DNA of 64,000 nt from Candidatus Ligilactobacillus faecavium (GCA_019120355.1 DWVG01000036.1:2024-66023); one strand, 5' to 3'. Counted from the first letter of the stretch, positions 1 through 10,329 are shown. Notes: generated by a model not told the origin, from the sequence alone. Made by a program: numbers and translations.

Positions 1-909
1 AATGGCAATTATAACAACTAAAAAAACTGCTCCATATAAATCACGCGTTGTAGCCGTGTTTTGCAATGACCATTCCCACAGTTGAATCGGCTTTAGTGCA
101 CAAACATACAGATCATAAGATTGCGGGCCATTAATTTTAACTGTTGCCATAACTTGAAGCATTGGTACTAAGAAGCCTAGCCCTAAGAGAATCGACATCC
201 CTCCAGCTTTTAAGAGGCTAACTAACCGATTAATATTAAATCGTCTATGAATAATGCTTAAGATTGCAAAAAACGCAACCATTACAGAAGCAATAATCAA
301 AGACAAAACGTGGGTATAAACTAATAACGTCATCCCCACAACGAGCGTTTTCCAATACGGTTTTTCCAAATAAAACAATCGATATATTCCAAGCAAAACA
401 ATTGGAAAAATGGTCAACGATACTGCTTCACCAACATCAGCACGGCAATATATATCAGATGTCCTGCAAATAGCAAATGCATATAAAACAGCACCTAAAA
501 TTGATGACAGGTTCTTTTGTTTCATGTGCCTTAAACATTGATATGTAATTTCAAGCGTTGCAAAAGTTAAAATTAAAAAGTAAATATAGTACCCACCCAC
601 AATACTTCCTGTTAATTTTATGAGCCAATACATCGGATAAACCGTTGCCCAAGGGTACATTAAATTTACGATTTGCCCAGTGTGATTATAATAATGAAAA
701 TTTACTGGGGAATGCCAAATATTCGATAAACTCATAATCCGCGAAAAATGAAATTCACCATCCACATCGGCTTTTAGTATTAAGTGCCCTTTTGTATTGA
801 AGAAAAAGATCAAATAACAAAAACTAAGAATAACAAATCCTAAAATTCGAACAATGTTAGCTTTCGTTTGATAATCTAAATGAACTCTCTTTTTTTCACC
901 GTCTTGCAC
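1..909 (-). CDS. Multi-pass membrane protein, probable GT-C-fold (YfhO-like) glycosyltransferase; runs off the left window edge
   Basis: Not in ORF track. AGGAG RBS then GTG at 909; translates MQDGEKKRVHLDY...DGEFHFSRIMSL...IVNLMYPW with hydrophobic segments. Confidence 0.6.
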   Translation of the reverse strand, partial: MQDGEKKRVHLDYQTKANIVRILGFVILSFCYLIFFFNTKGHLILKADVDGEFHFSRIMSLSNIWHSPVNFHYYNHTGQIVNLMYPWATVYPMYWLIKLTGSIVGGYYIYFLILTFATLEITYQCLRHMKQKNLSSILGAVLYAFAICRTSDIYCRADVGEAVSLTIFPIVLLGIYRLFYLEKPYWKTLVVGMTLLVYTHVLSLIIASVMVAFFAILSIIHRRFNINRLVSLLKAGGMSILLGLGFLVPMLQVMATVKINGPQSYDLYVCALKPIQLWEWSLQNTATTRDLYGAVFLVVIIAI

Positions 910-1054
910 CTTACTCACTCCTTACAGAAATAAAAATAAGTAGCTCTAATTATACATTAGCCTAATAATATATACAAAATTTTTATATAATCTTACAATC
1001 CCCTGCTAAACAGTGATACACTTCTAAAGGAATTAATTTGAAAGAGGGAAAAAT

Positions 1055-2677
1055 ATGCGTATCCTTATTATGATTAGTATAATTATAATCATTCTTGCAA
1101 TTGGATTTTTAACATATCAAATGCGCGATCGTTTAACAAAATGGCAACAGATCTTGACATCACTAAGTTTATTATTCTTAACATTCTTTGAATTTTTCCG
1201 TCTCGGAAGCATCCCCGGGCTTTTTGGAGATGAAGCATATTCAATGTATGATAGTTGGTCAATTGCACATTATGGTGTTGATCGTAACTTAATGCACAAT
1301 GCAATTTATTCATTAACATCTGGTGGACAATCTGTATTGTATGAACATCTAACTGTTCCGCTTATGAAAATTTTTGGAATGAATATAACCGCTTTTCGTT
1401 TTCCAATAGCCTTGTTTGCTGTCATTAGTATTATTATTCTGGTTTATGCATTATATAGAAATAAAATCAATTCGAACGTTATCGCCGGAGTGGCATTCAC
1501 AATGTCTACTGCTCAGTGGCTTCTAATGTATTGTCACTGGGCAATGGATTGCAATGTGATCGTCCCAATGTTTATTTTAACTATTGATTTTATCTTACTC
1601 GGTTTAGCTGGTAAAAAGTATCATTTTTACATTGGCTTTATTTTAATGGCTTTACTTGCATATTGTTACATTGGTGCATGGATTGCATTACCATTTATGT
1701 ACATATTCACTCTTCTTTTCTTAAAAAAGAAAGGGAAAATTTCAAATAAAGACATTATCGCACTAATTATCATTAGCATAGTTATCTTAATTCCGATATT
1801 AACTTACACGGCAGTTCAATTTCTTGGATTACCGGCATTCAAATTCTTATGGTTTAGTGTTGCACCTCTACCTGCAACTCGAGCTGTAAATTCATTGATA
1901 TCATTTAAGGGAAATGTTTTAAACACTATTATTTCTAACATTATTGCTGGAATATCAACGTTGGCTACTGGAGTGGTTAACAGTGATACTAGTTCATATA
2001 CTTCAATTCCAAAATATCAGTTGTTCTATCTGATTAACTTTATATTTTTTGTCTACGCAATTGTTAATTTTTGGAAAAATCGCAAACAAAATTCTGATGA
2101 AATCAATTATTTAATGGGGATTTCAATTACAATGTTTCCAATTGTTATTTTAGTTAAATCAGGATTTTGGCACTGGCCAATCGTTTATGTTTTAACGAGT
2201 TTATGGAGTGGATTTGGATTAGGACTTTTCTTTAAAAACAATTCTCACAAATCTCTTAAAATTTTTATTTTCGGACTGTTATTAGTTGAAACTGGATTAT
2301 TTACGGGGTATTATTTTGGAAATTATCCTCATGATGAAATTAAAGCTAACCAACTTGGAGGCTACTCGATTAATACAACCCAATCCAAACATTTTATCAA
2401 TGAGTTAAAGAAACTTAACGTAAATACATATTATGGTATTCCATTTTTCAATGAAAGTTATATGGGATACTTAATTCCAACTAATCCATATGATTTAAAT
2501 AAATTGAATGAAAAATGGCAAAATAATTTGCCTAAGACGATTCAACCTGGTTCAGCAGCATACATCGTTCCCACTAGTCAAATAAACAATTATCCTAATT
2601 TACAATCATTACCTTCAAAGAATATGGAAGTAAATTACGTTAAATACACTGTCTATTACAATCAAAATAACGATTAA
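1055..2677 (+). CDS. ArnT/PMT-like (GT39/GT83, GT-C fold) membrane glycosyltransferase
   Basis: 540 aa, many TM helices, 'PGLFGDEAY' first-loop acidic motif and 'AFRFP' motif. Confidence 0.7.
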   Translation: MRILIMISIIIIILAIGFLTYQMRDRLTKWQQILTSLSLLFLTFFEFFRLGSIPGLFGDEAYSMYDSWSIAHYGVDRNLMHNAIYSLTSGGQSVLYEHLTVPLMKIFGMNITAFRFPIALFAVISIIILVYALYRNKINSNVIAGVAFTMSTAQWLLMYCHWAMDCNVIVPMFILTIDFILLGLAGKKYHFYIGFILMALLAYCYIGAWIALPFMYIFTLLFLKKKGKISNKDIIALIIISIVILIPILTYTAVQFLGLPAFKFLWFSVAPLPATRAVNSLISFKGNVLNTIISNIIAGISTLATGVVNSDTSSYTSIPKYQLFYLINFIFFVYAIVNFWKNRKQNSDEINYLMGISITMFPIVILVKSGFWHWPIVYVLTSLWSGFGLGLFFKNNSHKSLKIFIFGLLLVETGLFTGYYFGNYPHDEIKANQLGGYSINTTQSKHFINELKKLNVNTYYGIPFFNESYMGYLIPTNPYDLNKLNEKWQNNLPKTIQPGSAAYIVPTSQINNYPNLQSLPSKNMEVNYVKYTVYYNQNND

Positions 2678-2684
2678 TAATATT

Positions 2685-2723
2685 ATAATACCGGCAAATT
2701 TAAAATTTTGCCGGTATTATTTT
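2685..2723 (+). terminator. Intrinsic terminator
   Basis: ATAATACCGGCAAA / TTTGCCGGTATTAT inverted repeat followed by a T-run right after the stop codon. Confidence 0.75.
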
Positions 2724-2805
2724 ACTCATTTCTGATAATTAAAACATTTTAAAAATTATGACATTAGTAATATTAAATATCATCTAGTTTAAAGATTATT
2801 AAAAT

Positions 2806-2999
2806 TTATCTGTATAATCCATCCTCTTCAATCGTGAATCGAGGACGAGCTTTCACTTCAGAATAAATTTTACCGATATATTCACCAATCATGCTAATAC
2901 AGATTAGTTGAACACCGCCAAGTTCCTTAACGGCTTCCGGCAGTACTTCTTCTTCGTTGTAACATGGAACAACATTGTTAGCATTTTTTCTTCTTTCAT
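2806..2999 (-). pseudogene. Internally deleted, frameshifted GtrB/CsbB-like GT2 bactoprenol glycosyltransferase remnant
   Basis: N-terminal motif [11 protein letters not shown] joined directly to C-terminal motif [28 protein letters not shown]; 1-bp frameshift after MKEEKMLT. Confidence 0.8.
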
Positions 3000-3250
3000 T
3001 ACTTGACCTTTCAATCCAGTAACTATTGTACAAGAAAAGATTGTGAAATATATTTTACAAATAATTTCTCTTCATACTCATTAAAAAAAGCAACTTCTCC
3101 GTACAGCGAAATTGCTTAAATATCAGCATTAGTTACCTCAAATTAATTGTAAAAAAATTTTGATTAAACGTCAAATACTTCTCGCTGGATTATCATTGAT
3201 TTTTCATAAAAAAAGGATGAAACACTTCTCCGTGTTCCACCCCTTTACAA

Positions 3251-4325
3251 TTATTTACTTCTGCTGAATTTGCTAAAAACAAATGAAATTGCATTAAAAA
3301 TCAAAATTCTGACATAATCGATCAGAGAACAAATGATGAAAATCAATGGACATACAATTACCACCGTAATCAAATAGTGCTTTACATTTGGAACTAACAA
3401 AGCTGGCATTTTAATCCACTTCAGCCAAATCATTCGTTCCATGATTGGATTATCGTGAATCAAATAAACTCCAAGGGTAGTTGCCGCAATTGTATTGATC
3501 AACCGATTGTGTATTCTTGAAAAGCAGAATAAGTCCCGTTACTATTAAAGCGATCGAAGGACTGAATTGGCCTGCAATGTTAATAAAACTATTGTGATAG
3601 AACTGTTGATTATGCGTCGTTATACCCGTGTAATCATAGTAGCGCCACTAAAGCAATCTTGGCAATTGTCAAGAATGTTCCTAAAAGGCATTCATACTTC
3701 ATGCCGTAAAATCGGATACAATTCCCGATAAGATAGAGACTACCAACTGACCGTACCAGCCATAACTTCCAAAATTTGGGACCAGCGTTGGAACCAACGT
3801 AAACGTGATGGCAATAATGATAATCAGGTTACGGTATTGCTGCCGGGATAATATCATGTAACGCAACATTGATGTATAGATAAACCAAATACAATAGGAT
3901 ATATTCACTTACAAACCAATAACTGTTATAGAAAGGCAGTAAAAACGTTTGTTGAAGAACAATCGTACTCTTTGGATTAACCCACTTAAAGTGCGCAGCA
4001 ACAAAGTAAATGATGATTGAGTAAAGATAAACTTGGACGATCAGCATCAAAATATTTTTGAAAGATTTCTTTCCGTTAATCGAAGAATTTACTAAGAAAT
4101 AGCCTGAAATCATTACGAAAATTCCAAACGCAACCTTTCCCAGCGTTGCAATCATCTGCCCCGTAAAGGTCGTTAACCAAACTTTAGTAGCAACTGGCGC
4201 CAGCCACCAATACTTGTATTATTATTCAACAATCCGTGAACAACTGAATGGTGGGAGATAATGAAAAGCATTGCGATAATTTTCAATAATTCAAAGTTCG
4301 AATTTCTCTCTTTCTTTAATCCCAC
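3251..4325 (-). pseudogene. Acyltransferase-3 family O-acyltransferase, fragmented
   Basis: Start MGLKKERNSNFELLKIIAMLFIISHH, then FVMISGYF, YWFVSEYILLY and TLGVYLIH motifs split across several frames. Confidence 0.8.
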
Positions 4326-4509
4326 AATTACACCTCTAATTATTTATGTATCAAATGAAAGATTGACTAAAGGTCAAATATTTTTAATAATTTTATCTCA
4401 TCAAAAAAATGGAACGCAACACTACGCTCCACTGTACAATCATTAATTTGATATTCTTATTTTATCCTTAATTCTTCATAAATCAAGTTTGATTTAAAGT
4501 TTTATGGCG

Positions 4510-5016
4510 TTACCACTTTTTCTTTATTGCATGGCGGTTTCTTTCAGGATCCTTAGAAGTTAAAATGCTGCTAATTAAATCCTTAATCTTATCCGGCAAA
4601 TCTTCCCAAAGAAAATCAACCAGAACGATATAGCTCATCCATAAACCTAAAATCAATTCAATTAATTCACATCCCCACTCAATTAACTGATTTAAAGCCG
4701 TACTTTGATTTTTACTATACACTCCACTGCTTATATGAGAATACGATGAATGGTGACCATGCCAATCCTGAGGAATTAAATAGTTAAATGTATCCTTTAC
4801 CCTTGATCCAAAAGTTTCGCCACCGTCACTTGCTACTGAATCGTCGCCATCATCAAAATCATCATGTCCAGCTCCTCCATCGTCATCATGAAATACGATG
4901 TGATCCCCGCCAAAGTCCCCTCCACCATCATCATGAAAGCCCTTTGCCAAAGCAACCCTTGGCGTTAAAATCGTCAACAAAACAATCCCAATTACAATCC
5001 ACTTATTCTTTTTCAA
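4510..5016 (-). CDS. Hypothetical exported/membrane protein with Asp/Gly-rich low-complexity region
   Basis: GGAG RBS, signal-peptide-like N-terminus (…RVALA), FHDDGGG-like repeats, C-terminal hydrophobic helix. Confidence 0.6.
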   Translation of the reverse strand: MKKNKWIVIGIVLLTILTPRVALAKGFHDDGGGDFGGDHIVFHDDDGGAGHDDFDDGDDSVASDGGETFGSRVKDTFNYLIPQDWHGHHSSYSHISSGVYSKNQSTALNQLIEWGCELIELILGLWMSYIVLVDFLWEDLPDKIKDLISSILTSKDPERNRHAIKKKW

Positions 5017-5138
5017 TCACTTGGTCTCCTTTAAAATCTCCCTAAATTCTTACATAACATAATAAGAGTATCAATTACAAATATAAAATTCAATGTTCAA
5101 AAATAGCCTGCAACTATCTTATCTATCTTTCCCAATTA

Positions 5139-5305
5139 CTAAAAAATTTCACGTCCCTGTGGCTTTCCCCAATCTACCATTTCCGGAACATCATATTTTT
5201 ATAGTACTTGTCAGGATCAAAATTTTTAAACAACTCATCAACTACGTCGGGTTCTTTTTGCTTCTCTAAAATGATCTTATTGTTTTCATCGTTCACTGTA
5301 ATCAT
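5139..5305 (-). pseudogene. Frameshifted C-terminal remnant of an AbrB/MazE-type antitoxin
   Basis: Translates ITVNDENNKIILEKQKEPDVVDELFKNFD…/DVPEMVDWGKPQGREIF*; DWGxPxGxE is a typical MazE/PemI C-terminal motif. Confidence 0.6.
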
Positions 5306-5940
5306 CTGTTAATCGCTTCAACGCATTATATACAGATTTATTTTTCAAAACCGCTTCAGTTGCTTCCTTTACTCGTTTATCATGATTACCTATTTTGTGA
5401 TATTCATATCATCTAAGTGAATAATTGAATCAATATTTTTTATTTCTATTCTTTTCATACTATATCCCCTATGTTTTATATCATCCATACACTCAGTAAA
5501 TCTTATTTTTACATCAATAATATTGGGATATTTCTACCACTATGTATGGGACTCTTAATTATTTTGATTAGCACAGAAAATCAATATGTAAAATTAATTG
5601 TGTAATAAAAAAGCTATCAACGTGTGGCCGACTGCAAATAAATATGCAACTTACATCTCCTATCTCCGCTTTGCGGAATGCACGGTTACACACGAATTAC
5701 TATTAACTTTACTTTATACATATAACCAATTACTATCATAGGAAAAAATGATAAGTACCCGTTATTTAAAAAATAGGCAATCTCGTTATCGTTATTATAA
5801 CGAAATTGCCTAAACGAACCTCCCGCTTTAAAGACGCAGCTCTTACTGAAAGTATTAATCTTTAGCTTTTTATACTAACATCTAAATTTCATCTTGTAAA
5901 AAAGCCTATGAACGTTAAATTCATAGACTTCATTCTCTAC

Positions 5941-5982
5941 CTAAAACATATTATCAAACAAACTCAACTGGTTTTCATCCGG
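5941..5982 (-). other. Displaced 3' end of polC (PDENQLSLFDNMF*) including the left att core
   Basis: Reverse complement translates to a variant of the PolC C-terminus and shares the 14-bp core with 48841..48854. Confidence 0.9.
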
Positions 5983-6086
5983 GTAACCTGAAAATATTTG
6001 CTCGATTCTATCAGTGCTTTTCTTCCTATTATATATACATTATTTTTCTAATTTTATTCTGTTATATCTTATGGAATTGTTTAAGA

Positions 6087-6136
6087 TGTGGGTTATCCGT
6101 GTGGGTTATTAAAAATTAAACACTTTGTGTGGGTAG
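6087..6136 (+). repeat. Integrase arm-type binding sites, left arm (3x TGTGGGTW)
   Basis: tgtgggtta 6087 and 6100, tgtgggtag 6128; the same motif occurs at 48719 and 48731. Confidence 0.7.
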
Positions 6137-6167
6137 AAATAAGGGCTTGCCATTTAGCAAGCCTTTA

Positions 6168-6488
6168 TTAATAACATGAAGTCATATGATTGTTTTTATC
6201 TTTATGATCATATGAATGTTTGATTTTATATCCGATTGTATCAATTAAGTGTTGAATAAAACTTGTGGTAATAATTTCCAAATTCTTTTGATTTCCTAAT
6301 GCCGTTTCAATAAATTTTTCTGCTTTAGCTTTGGTACTAAACCTAATTGCTTCAGTTGTATCATCTCGATATGAATTATCACCCTTAATTTCTTCAGCGG
6401 TTTTCCAACAAATATGTTCTGTTTTGTCATTCATATAATTCCACTTAGAACAAACAGTATCATTAACTGGATTAACAATATAATACAT
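6168..6488 (-). CDS. Hypothetical protein (prophage terminal moron)
   Basis: 106-aa ORF with GAGG RBS and downstream hairpin at 6140..6167. Confidence 0.6.
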   Translation of the reverse strand: MYYIVNPVNDTVCSKWNYMNDKTEHICWKTAEEIKGDNSYRDDTTEAIRFSTKAKAEKFIETALGNQKNLEIITTSFIQHLIDTIGYKIKHSYDHKDKNNHMTSCY

Positions 6489-6735
6489 AATGCAGCCTCT
6501 TCCCTTTGTTACAATAATTAATTTTTTCTAAAGCTCTTAACCTTTATTTAACATTATACACAATAGGTCCTCCATGTAAACCGTTTTCTCAAATTTATTT
6601 ACCACATAACTTTTTCATTTGCCATACAGCTATTAGTGAGTGTTTATACAGAACTTTTCAAAGCGTTTTATTTTCACTGAAATATCATCAAATTATCATT
6701 CTTTTGTCGCTTCATTGCAACCATTTCGCGACCAT

Positions 6736-6872
6736 AAAAAATACCCCACCGGTTCTTTGGGGCCACCAGTGAGGACTAAGTGAGTTAATAGTCGGTCAAT
6801 TAACGTTTAGGGTGTAGGTTTAATTGACCGTAAAGTGTAAGGATTGAAAGCAAAATTATTCCTGCTTTCGTT
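6736..6872 (-). ncRNA. Putative small RNA with two hairpins and a terminator
   Basis: No ORF; CGGTCAATTAA/TTAATTGACCG and GAAAGCA/TGCTTTC stems; GC-rich stem plus U-run at the 3' end; TATACT -10 upstream. Confidence 0.4.
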
Positions 6873-6931
6873 AAGTAGTATATATATATATCAACGATTT
6901 TTTTATTAAGATTTTAATGGATAATATTCGT

Positions 6932-7040
6932 AAAATAAAAGTCCCTTCGCTAGCAGAAGGGACCCAAGGCCAATTTTATGTTGTTCGAGTACCTATCAAG
7001 CTCTACTGACAAAGGTTGGCAAAAACCTAATAGTTTGATT
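6932..7040 (-). ncRNA. Putative ~105-nt small RNA
   Basis: Extended -10 TGnTATAAT at 7047..7055 (minus strand), no ORF, terminator GTCCCTTC/GAAGGGAC plus U-run at 6932..6964. Confidence 0.5.
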
Positions 7041-7133
7041 AATTTCATTATAACAAAATAAGGTCGCATTTGAAATGCGGCCTTACCGCAACGGGTTCAC
7101 GTAGAATGCTACCGCCACTCTTGGAATTTATTG

Positions 7134-7562
7134 TCAAGAACCATGGTCATATAACTTAAACTTTGTGTCGATTGCTAATATATAAAATATATTTTTATTC
7201 ATCTTCCCAATGACTCTTCCTAATCTAGATAATCTAAAAACCCAAAAATCTTTATTACATTCACTTTCTCGTGTGTCTTTGAACACATTATGAATCCTTA
7301 ACCCCGTTATTTCATCATTAGGTATCTTTTCTAAACCTACCTCTTTTGTTCTATTTAACACCGCAGTTACATCTTCTTGAGATAAGTTTTCAATTCTTTC
7401 AACTAATTTAGACTTAACTTTTTTGTCACATTTACTCAGATTATAAGTTTTATCAGCTGTTAAAAATGAAAAATTAAATGTTAATCTTTGGTCTTGATAT
7501 TTTCTTATTACTATTTTATCTTCTGAAGACTCTGTATCATGTATTTTTAACTTTTTGTTCAC
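7134..7562 (-). CDS. Putative type II toxin (MAG6450-like/RelE-like nuclease) coupled to a Panacea antitoxin
   Basis: FNFSFL…FRL…RVIG…FYILAID…LYDHG pattern; start overlaps the antitoxin stop. Confidence 0.6.
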   Translation of the reverse strand: MNKKLKIHDTESSEDKIVIRKYQDQRLTFNFSFLTADKTYNLSKCDKKVKSKLVERIENLSQEDVTAVLNRTKEVGLEKIPNDEITGLRIHNVFKDTRESECNKDFWVFRLSRLGRVIGKMNKNIFYILAIDTKFKLYDHGS

Positions 7563-8026
7563 TATTCTTCACTCACAATTTTTGAAAAGTAATTTTTCAT
7601 TTTTTCTTCAGTAATAACTTCACTTTGTTTTGTCTCTTGCCATGGAGATTCATTGTGAGTTTTTCTCATTAACTGCGAAGCAGACATATCTCCATATGCT
7701 TCCCATACAGCATTTAATACTTCGCTAGCTTCAGCGTCTTTAGATAATTCGTTATAGTCCTCAATGTCTGAATCAGTAATCTCACCTAATATTTCACGCT
7801 GTCCATAATATTTTTGGTGAACTTCAACAACTGCTGGACCATATTTCCAGGCTACAATATTATTTGAAAACATTTTTTTATTAAGATATGCAAGGCTAAC
7901 TCCTTGAATGTAGTATAGAAGTTTCATCGCTTTCATTTGAGTTAATACTTCGGCATAATCACTTCGTCTTAATTCTGCATTATTTTTCACACGTAACCAA
8001 TTAACTATTTTGAAAACATCATACAT
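7562..8026 (-). CDS. Panacea/SocA (DUF4065) domain antitoxin
   Basis: KLLYY…AWKYGP…L…TH.E.PW motifs; start refined from the RBS. Confidence 0.85.
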   Translation of the reverse strand: MYDVFKIVNWLRVKNNAELRRSDYAEVLTQMKAMKLLYYIQGVSLAYLNKKMFSNNIVAWKYGPAVVEVHQKYYGQREILGEITDSDIEDYNELSKDAEASEVLNAVWEAYGDMSASQLMRKTHNESPWQETKQSEVITEEKMKNYFSKIVSEE

Positions 8027-8133
8027 AGTCATACCCTCCAATACTTCATAAATATTCTAACAATTTAAACGTAAACTTTAAATCCCCAAATCTTGTGCTT
8101 AATTAAATTTATCCCTACATCTTGTATATACGC

Positions 8134-8168
8134 AAAAATAGGGACGTACCAATTACGGCACGTCCCTA
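8134..8168 (-). terminator. Terminator after the endolysin
   Basis: TAGGGACGT/ACGTCCCTA stem with U-run on the minus strand. Confidence 0.7.
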
Positions 8169-8194
8169 ATTCATTAATTCGATATTCAATTACA

Positions 8195-9397
8195 TTAATA
8201 GTTTAGCGTTTCGCCAACGAAAATCAAATTGGCGTTGTTGATTCCGTTCTTTCTTACTAAGTAAGATACAGAAACACCTAATTTGCGAGCAATGCCACTT
8301 AATGTATCGCCTGAACGTACGGTGTATGAACGGTTAACATTCGTCCGGCGTGTACCATATTCAGCACCACCCATGATTCCAGCACAAACGTAATGATATA
8401 AACCACTATAACTCATATAACGTAACCATACATATTGACCTTTGATATAAACATGATCATACGTCAATGTTTCATTAGGTGCATAAGAACCAACAATGTT
8501 TGAATCAATACTTGGAGCTGTCCGAATGTTCAACGTTGTATTTGTCGTGAATACACCATTCTGAGCATAATCTTCATCGCTTGAAATATTTACGTTCGCG
8601 TTGTTTTTCGTTGTGTTCATTTGATTCTGTTGTTTGCCTGTGTTCTTACCTACATTATGCGTATCACCGTTTGAAATAACAGCATTCTTATTTTGCCCGC
8701 CAGTAAAGAAGTTATCGTAAAGCTGACTAACATCAAACTTTCCGTATGATCCATTAAAATACTGGTCTGACCGGAATTGCCATGCGTGTCCATGAGTAAA
8801 TAAATCACGATTTAAATTGAATGGATATGAAGCAATCCAGCCAATATCTTTCCATGGTAGAACACTATCACCCCATGAACTCATGCTATATACGGTAAAA
8901 CGGTAGCCAGCACTTTCAACAATCTGTTGCATTGCTGAAATACACAAATCATTTTCTCCAGTGCTTAATCTTCGTTGTTGTGAGCTTTCGATGTCAGCAC
9001 ACAATACCGCATTAACTGGCAAGCCGTCTGCTTTAGCTTGACTGACCGCAAACTGTGCTTCTGCTTTAGCCTGGGCAATATTGGTGTAACGGCAGAAATA
9101 GTAGCCGTTAACATATAATCCGGCTTGTTGCGCTGCTTGAATATCTGGTTTTGCCGTGGGGTCAACGTAATATGTTCCTTCACTGATTTTGGTTGTCATT
9201 GCTTTAACACCATATTGGTTTCGCATGGCTGTATAGTTTCCAACAGTCATTACACCGTTATGATTGCTGTTATCGACCATATCAGTACGTGCGGCTTCTA
9301 CTTGCTGTTGATTGAAAACAACTACCGTTCCACCAAGCATTAATCCCGTTACTAAAGCAGTTCCAATAATCAACTTATGCTTTTGCACTGGTTTCAT
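8195..9397 (-). CDS. Endolysin: signal peptide, GH25 muramidase, SH3b and LysM domains
   Basis: D.S..N…K.SEG…D.E GH25 motifs; [10 protein letters not shown]3b; [13 protein letters not shown] LysM. Confidence 0.9.
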   Translation of the reverse strand: MKPVQKHKLIIGTALVTGLMLGGTVVVFNQQQVEAARTDMVDNSNHNGVMTVGNYTAMRNQYGVKAMTTKISEGTYYVDPTAKPDIQAAQQAGLYVNGYYFCRYTNIAQAKAEAQFAVSQAKADGLPVNAVLCADIESSQQRRLSTGENDLCISAMQQIVESAGYRFTVYSMSSWGDSVLPWKDIGWIASYPFNLNRDLFTHGHAWQFRSDQYFNGSYGKFDVSQLYDNFFTGGQNKNAVISNGDTHNVGKNTGKQQNQMNTTKNNANVNISSDEDYAQNGVFTTNTTLNIRTAPSIDSNIVGSYAPNETLTYDHVYIKGQYVWLRYMSYSGLYHYVCAGIMGGAEYGTRRTNVNRSYTVRSGDTLSGIARKLGVSVSYLVRKNGINNANLIFVGETLNY

Positions 9398-9770
9398 CTC
9401 CCTTTACTGTGGTTGGTGCACTATTTGCACTATCCACTTGGTATACTGATTCAATATCCTTTTTGAGTTCGCAATAAGCATGTTCAATACATCCAGCCAG
9501 TAAATCTTCATCTTGCTTGCTGAAACCTGCTTGTTGCAACATATCTTGTAATTTATCGATTGCATATTGTTTCTTATCAAGCAACTTATCAGTAAGCCCT
9601 GCTTTTTCTGCTAATACAACAGCGTCTTTGGCAAACTGCTCTAATGCTTGGAGTAAATTTTTATTCGGGATATACTTTTTGATTAAATTTGCAACATACA
9701 AACAAATAGCAGGTGTCAAAACACCTGCTACTGCAATAATCACTTGTGTAACAATACTTGTATTATTCAT
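9375..9770 (-). CDS. Holin (LL-H family)
   Basis: Single N-terminal TM, AV..AE…K…A…IE.A pattern, directly upstream of the lysin. Confidence 0.75.
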   Translation of the reverse strand: MNNTSIVTQVIIAVAGVLTPAICLYVANLIKKYIPNKNLLQALEQFAKDAVVLAEKAGLTDKLLDKKQYAIDKLQDMLQQAGFSKQDEDLLAGCIEHAYCELKKDIESVYQVDSANSAPTTVKGDETSAKA

Positions 9771-9967
9771 TTTTCATCTTCCTTTGCTAATTTTTTCTCT
9801 GCTTCAATCGCTCTTTTTCTCCAGTAATCTCTATCCTTTTCAACAATTTTTAAAGTCTGCCGTAATTCATCTCGTTTATTTTTTTGATAATTCAGCCAAA
9901 ACGTTAAAACCCCTGTAACTGAAGCAATAAAAGTAGCAATCGAATACATAATATCTTTGAAACTCAT
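9767..9967 (-). CDS. Small TM plus coiled-coil lysis-module protein
   Basis: 66 aa, N-terminal TM, overlapping start/stop with neighbours. Confidence 0.6.
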   Translation of the reverse strand: MSFKDIMYSIATFIASVTGVLTFWLNYQKNKRDELRQTLKIVEKDRDYWRKRAIEAEKKLAKEDEK

Positions 9968-10329
9968 TTAACATCACTTCGGCTTGCGAGAACTGGGATA
10001 ATCAATGCAATACATAGATTAGGTATCCATGGCATATTCATACCAAGTTTAATCATGTGCATGAATTCAATAATTGCTAAAAACATCTGAATTATTGACG
10101 CTCCACCAAAAACATATGGTTCAAATCTTCTTAATTCAGGAAGTGTTTTAACAATCAAAATTCCAATTCCCGCTAATACAAACAAGCCACCAAATAAGTC
10201 GTCATTTTCAATCGGTGCTAATTGTGGTGGCCATTTAAAATAATTATCGTGGAATATAAAAAACAATCCATTTGCAATAAAATACATTCCAAGAATCAAG
10301 AACAGTGGACGTTTTGCAAGATTGCGCAT
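9964..10329 (-). CDS. 4-TM phage membrane protein (lysis module)
   Basis: 121-aa hydrophobic ORF with GAGGTG RBS. Confidence 0.65.
   Translation of the reverse strand: MRNLAKRPLFLILGMYFIANGLFFIFHDNYFKWPPQLAPIENDDLFGGLFVLAGIGILIVKTLPELRRFEPYVFGGASIIQMFLAIIEFMHMIKLGMNMPWIPNLCIALIIPVLASRSDVK

Noticed and set aside
6087-6136. CRISPR-like or mini-array repeats
   Set aside because: 9-bp repeats mirrored at the other prophage end fit integrase arm sites; no CRISPR array or cas genes seen in the window
6879-6891. (TA)n tract as a phase-variable promoter
   Set aside because: Short, in an AT-rich context, and no evidence of length variation from one sequence
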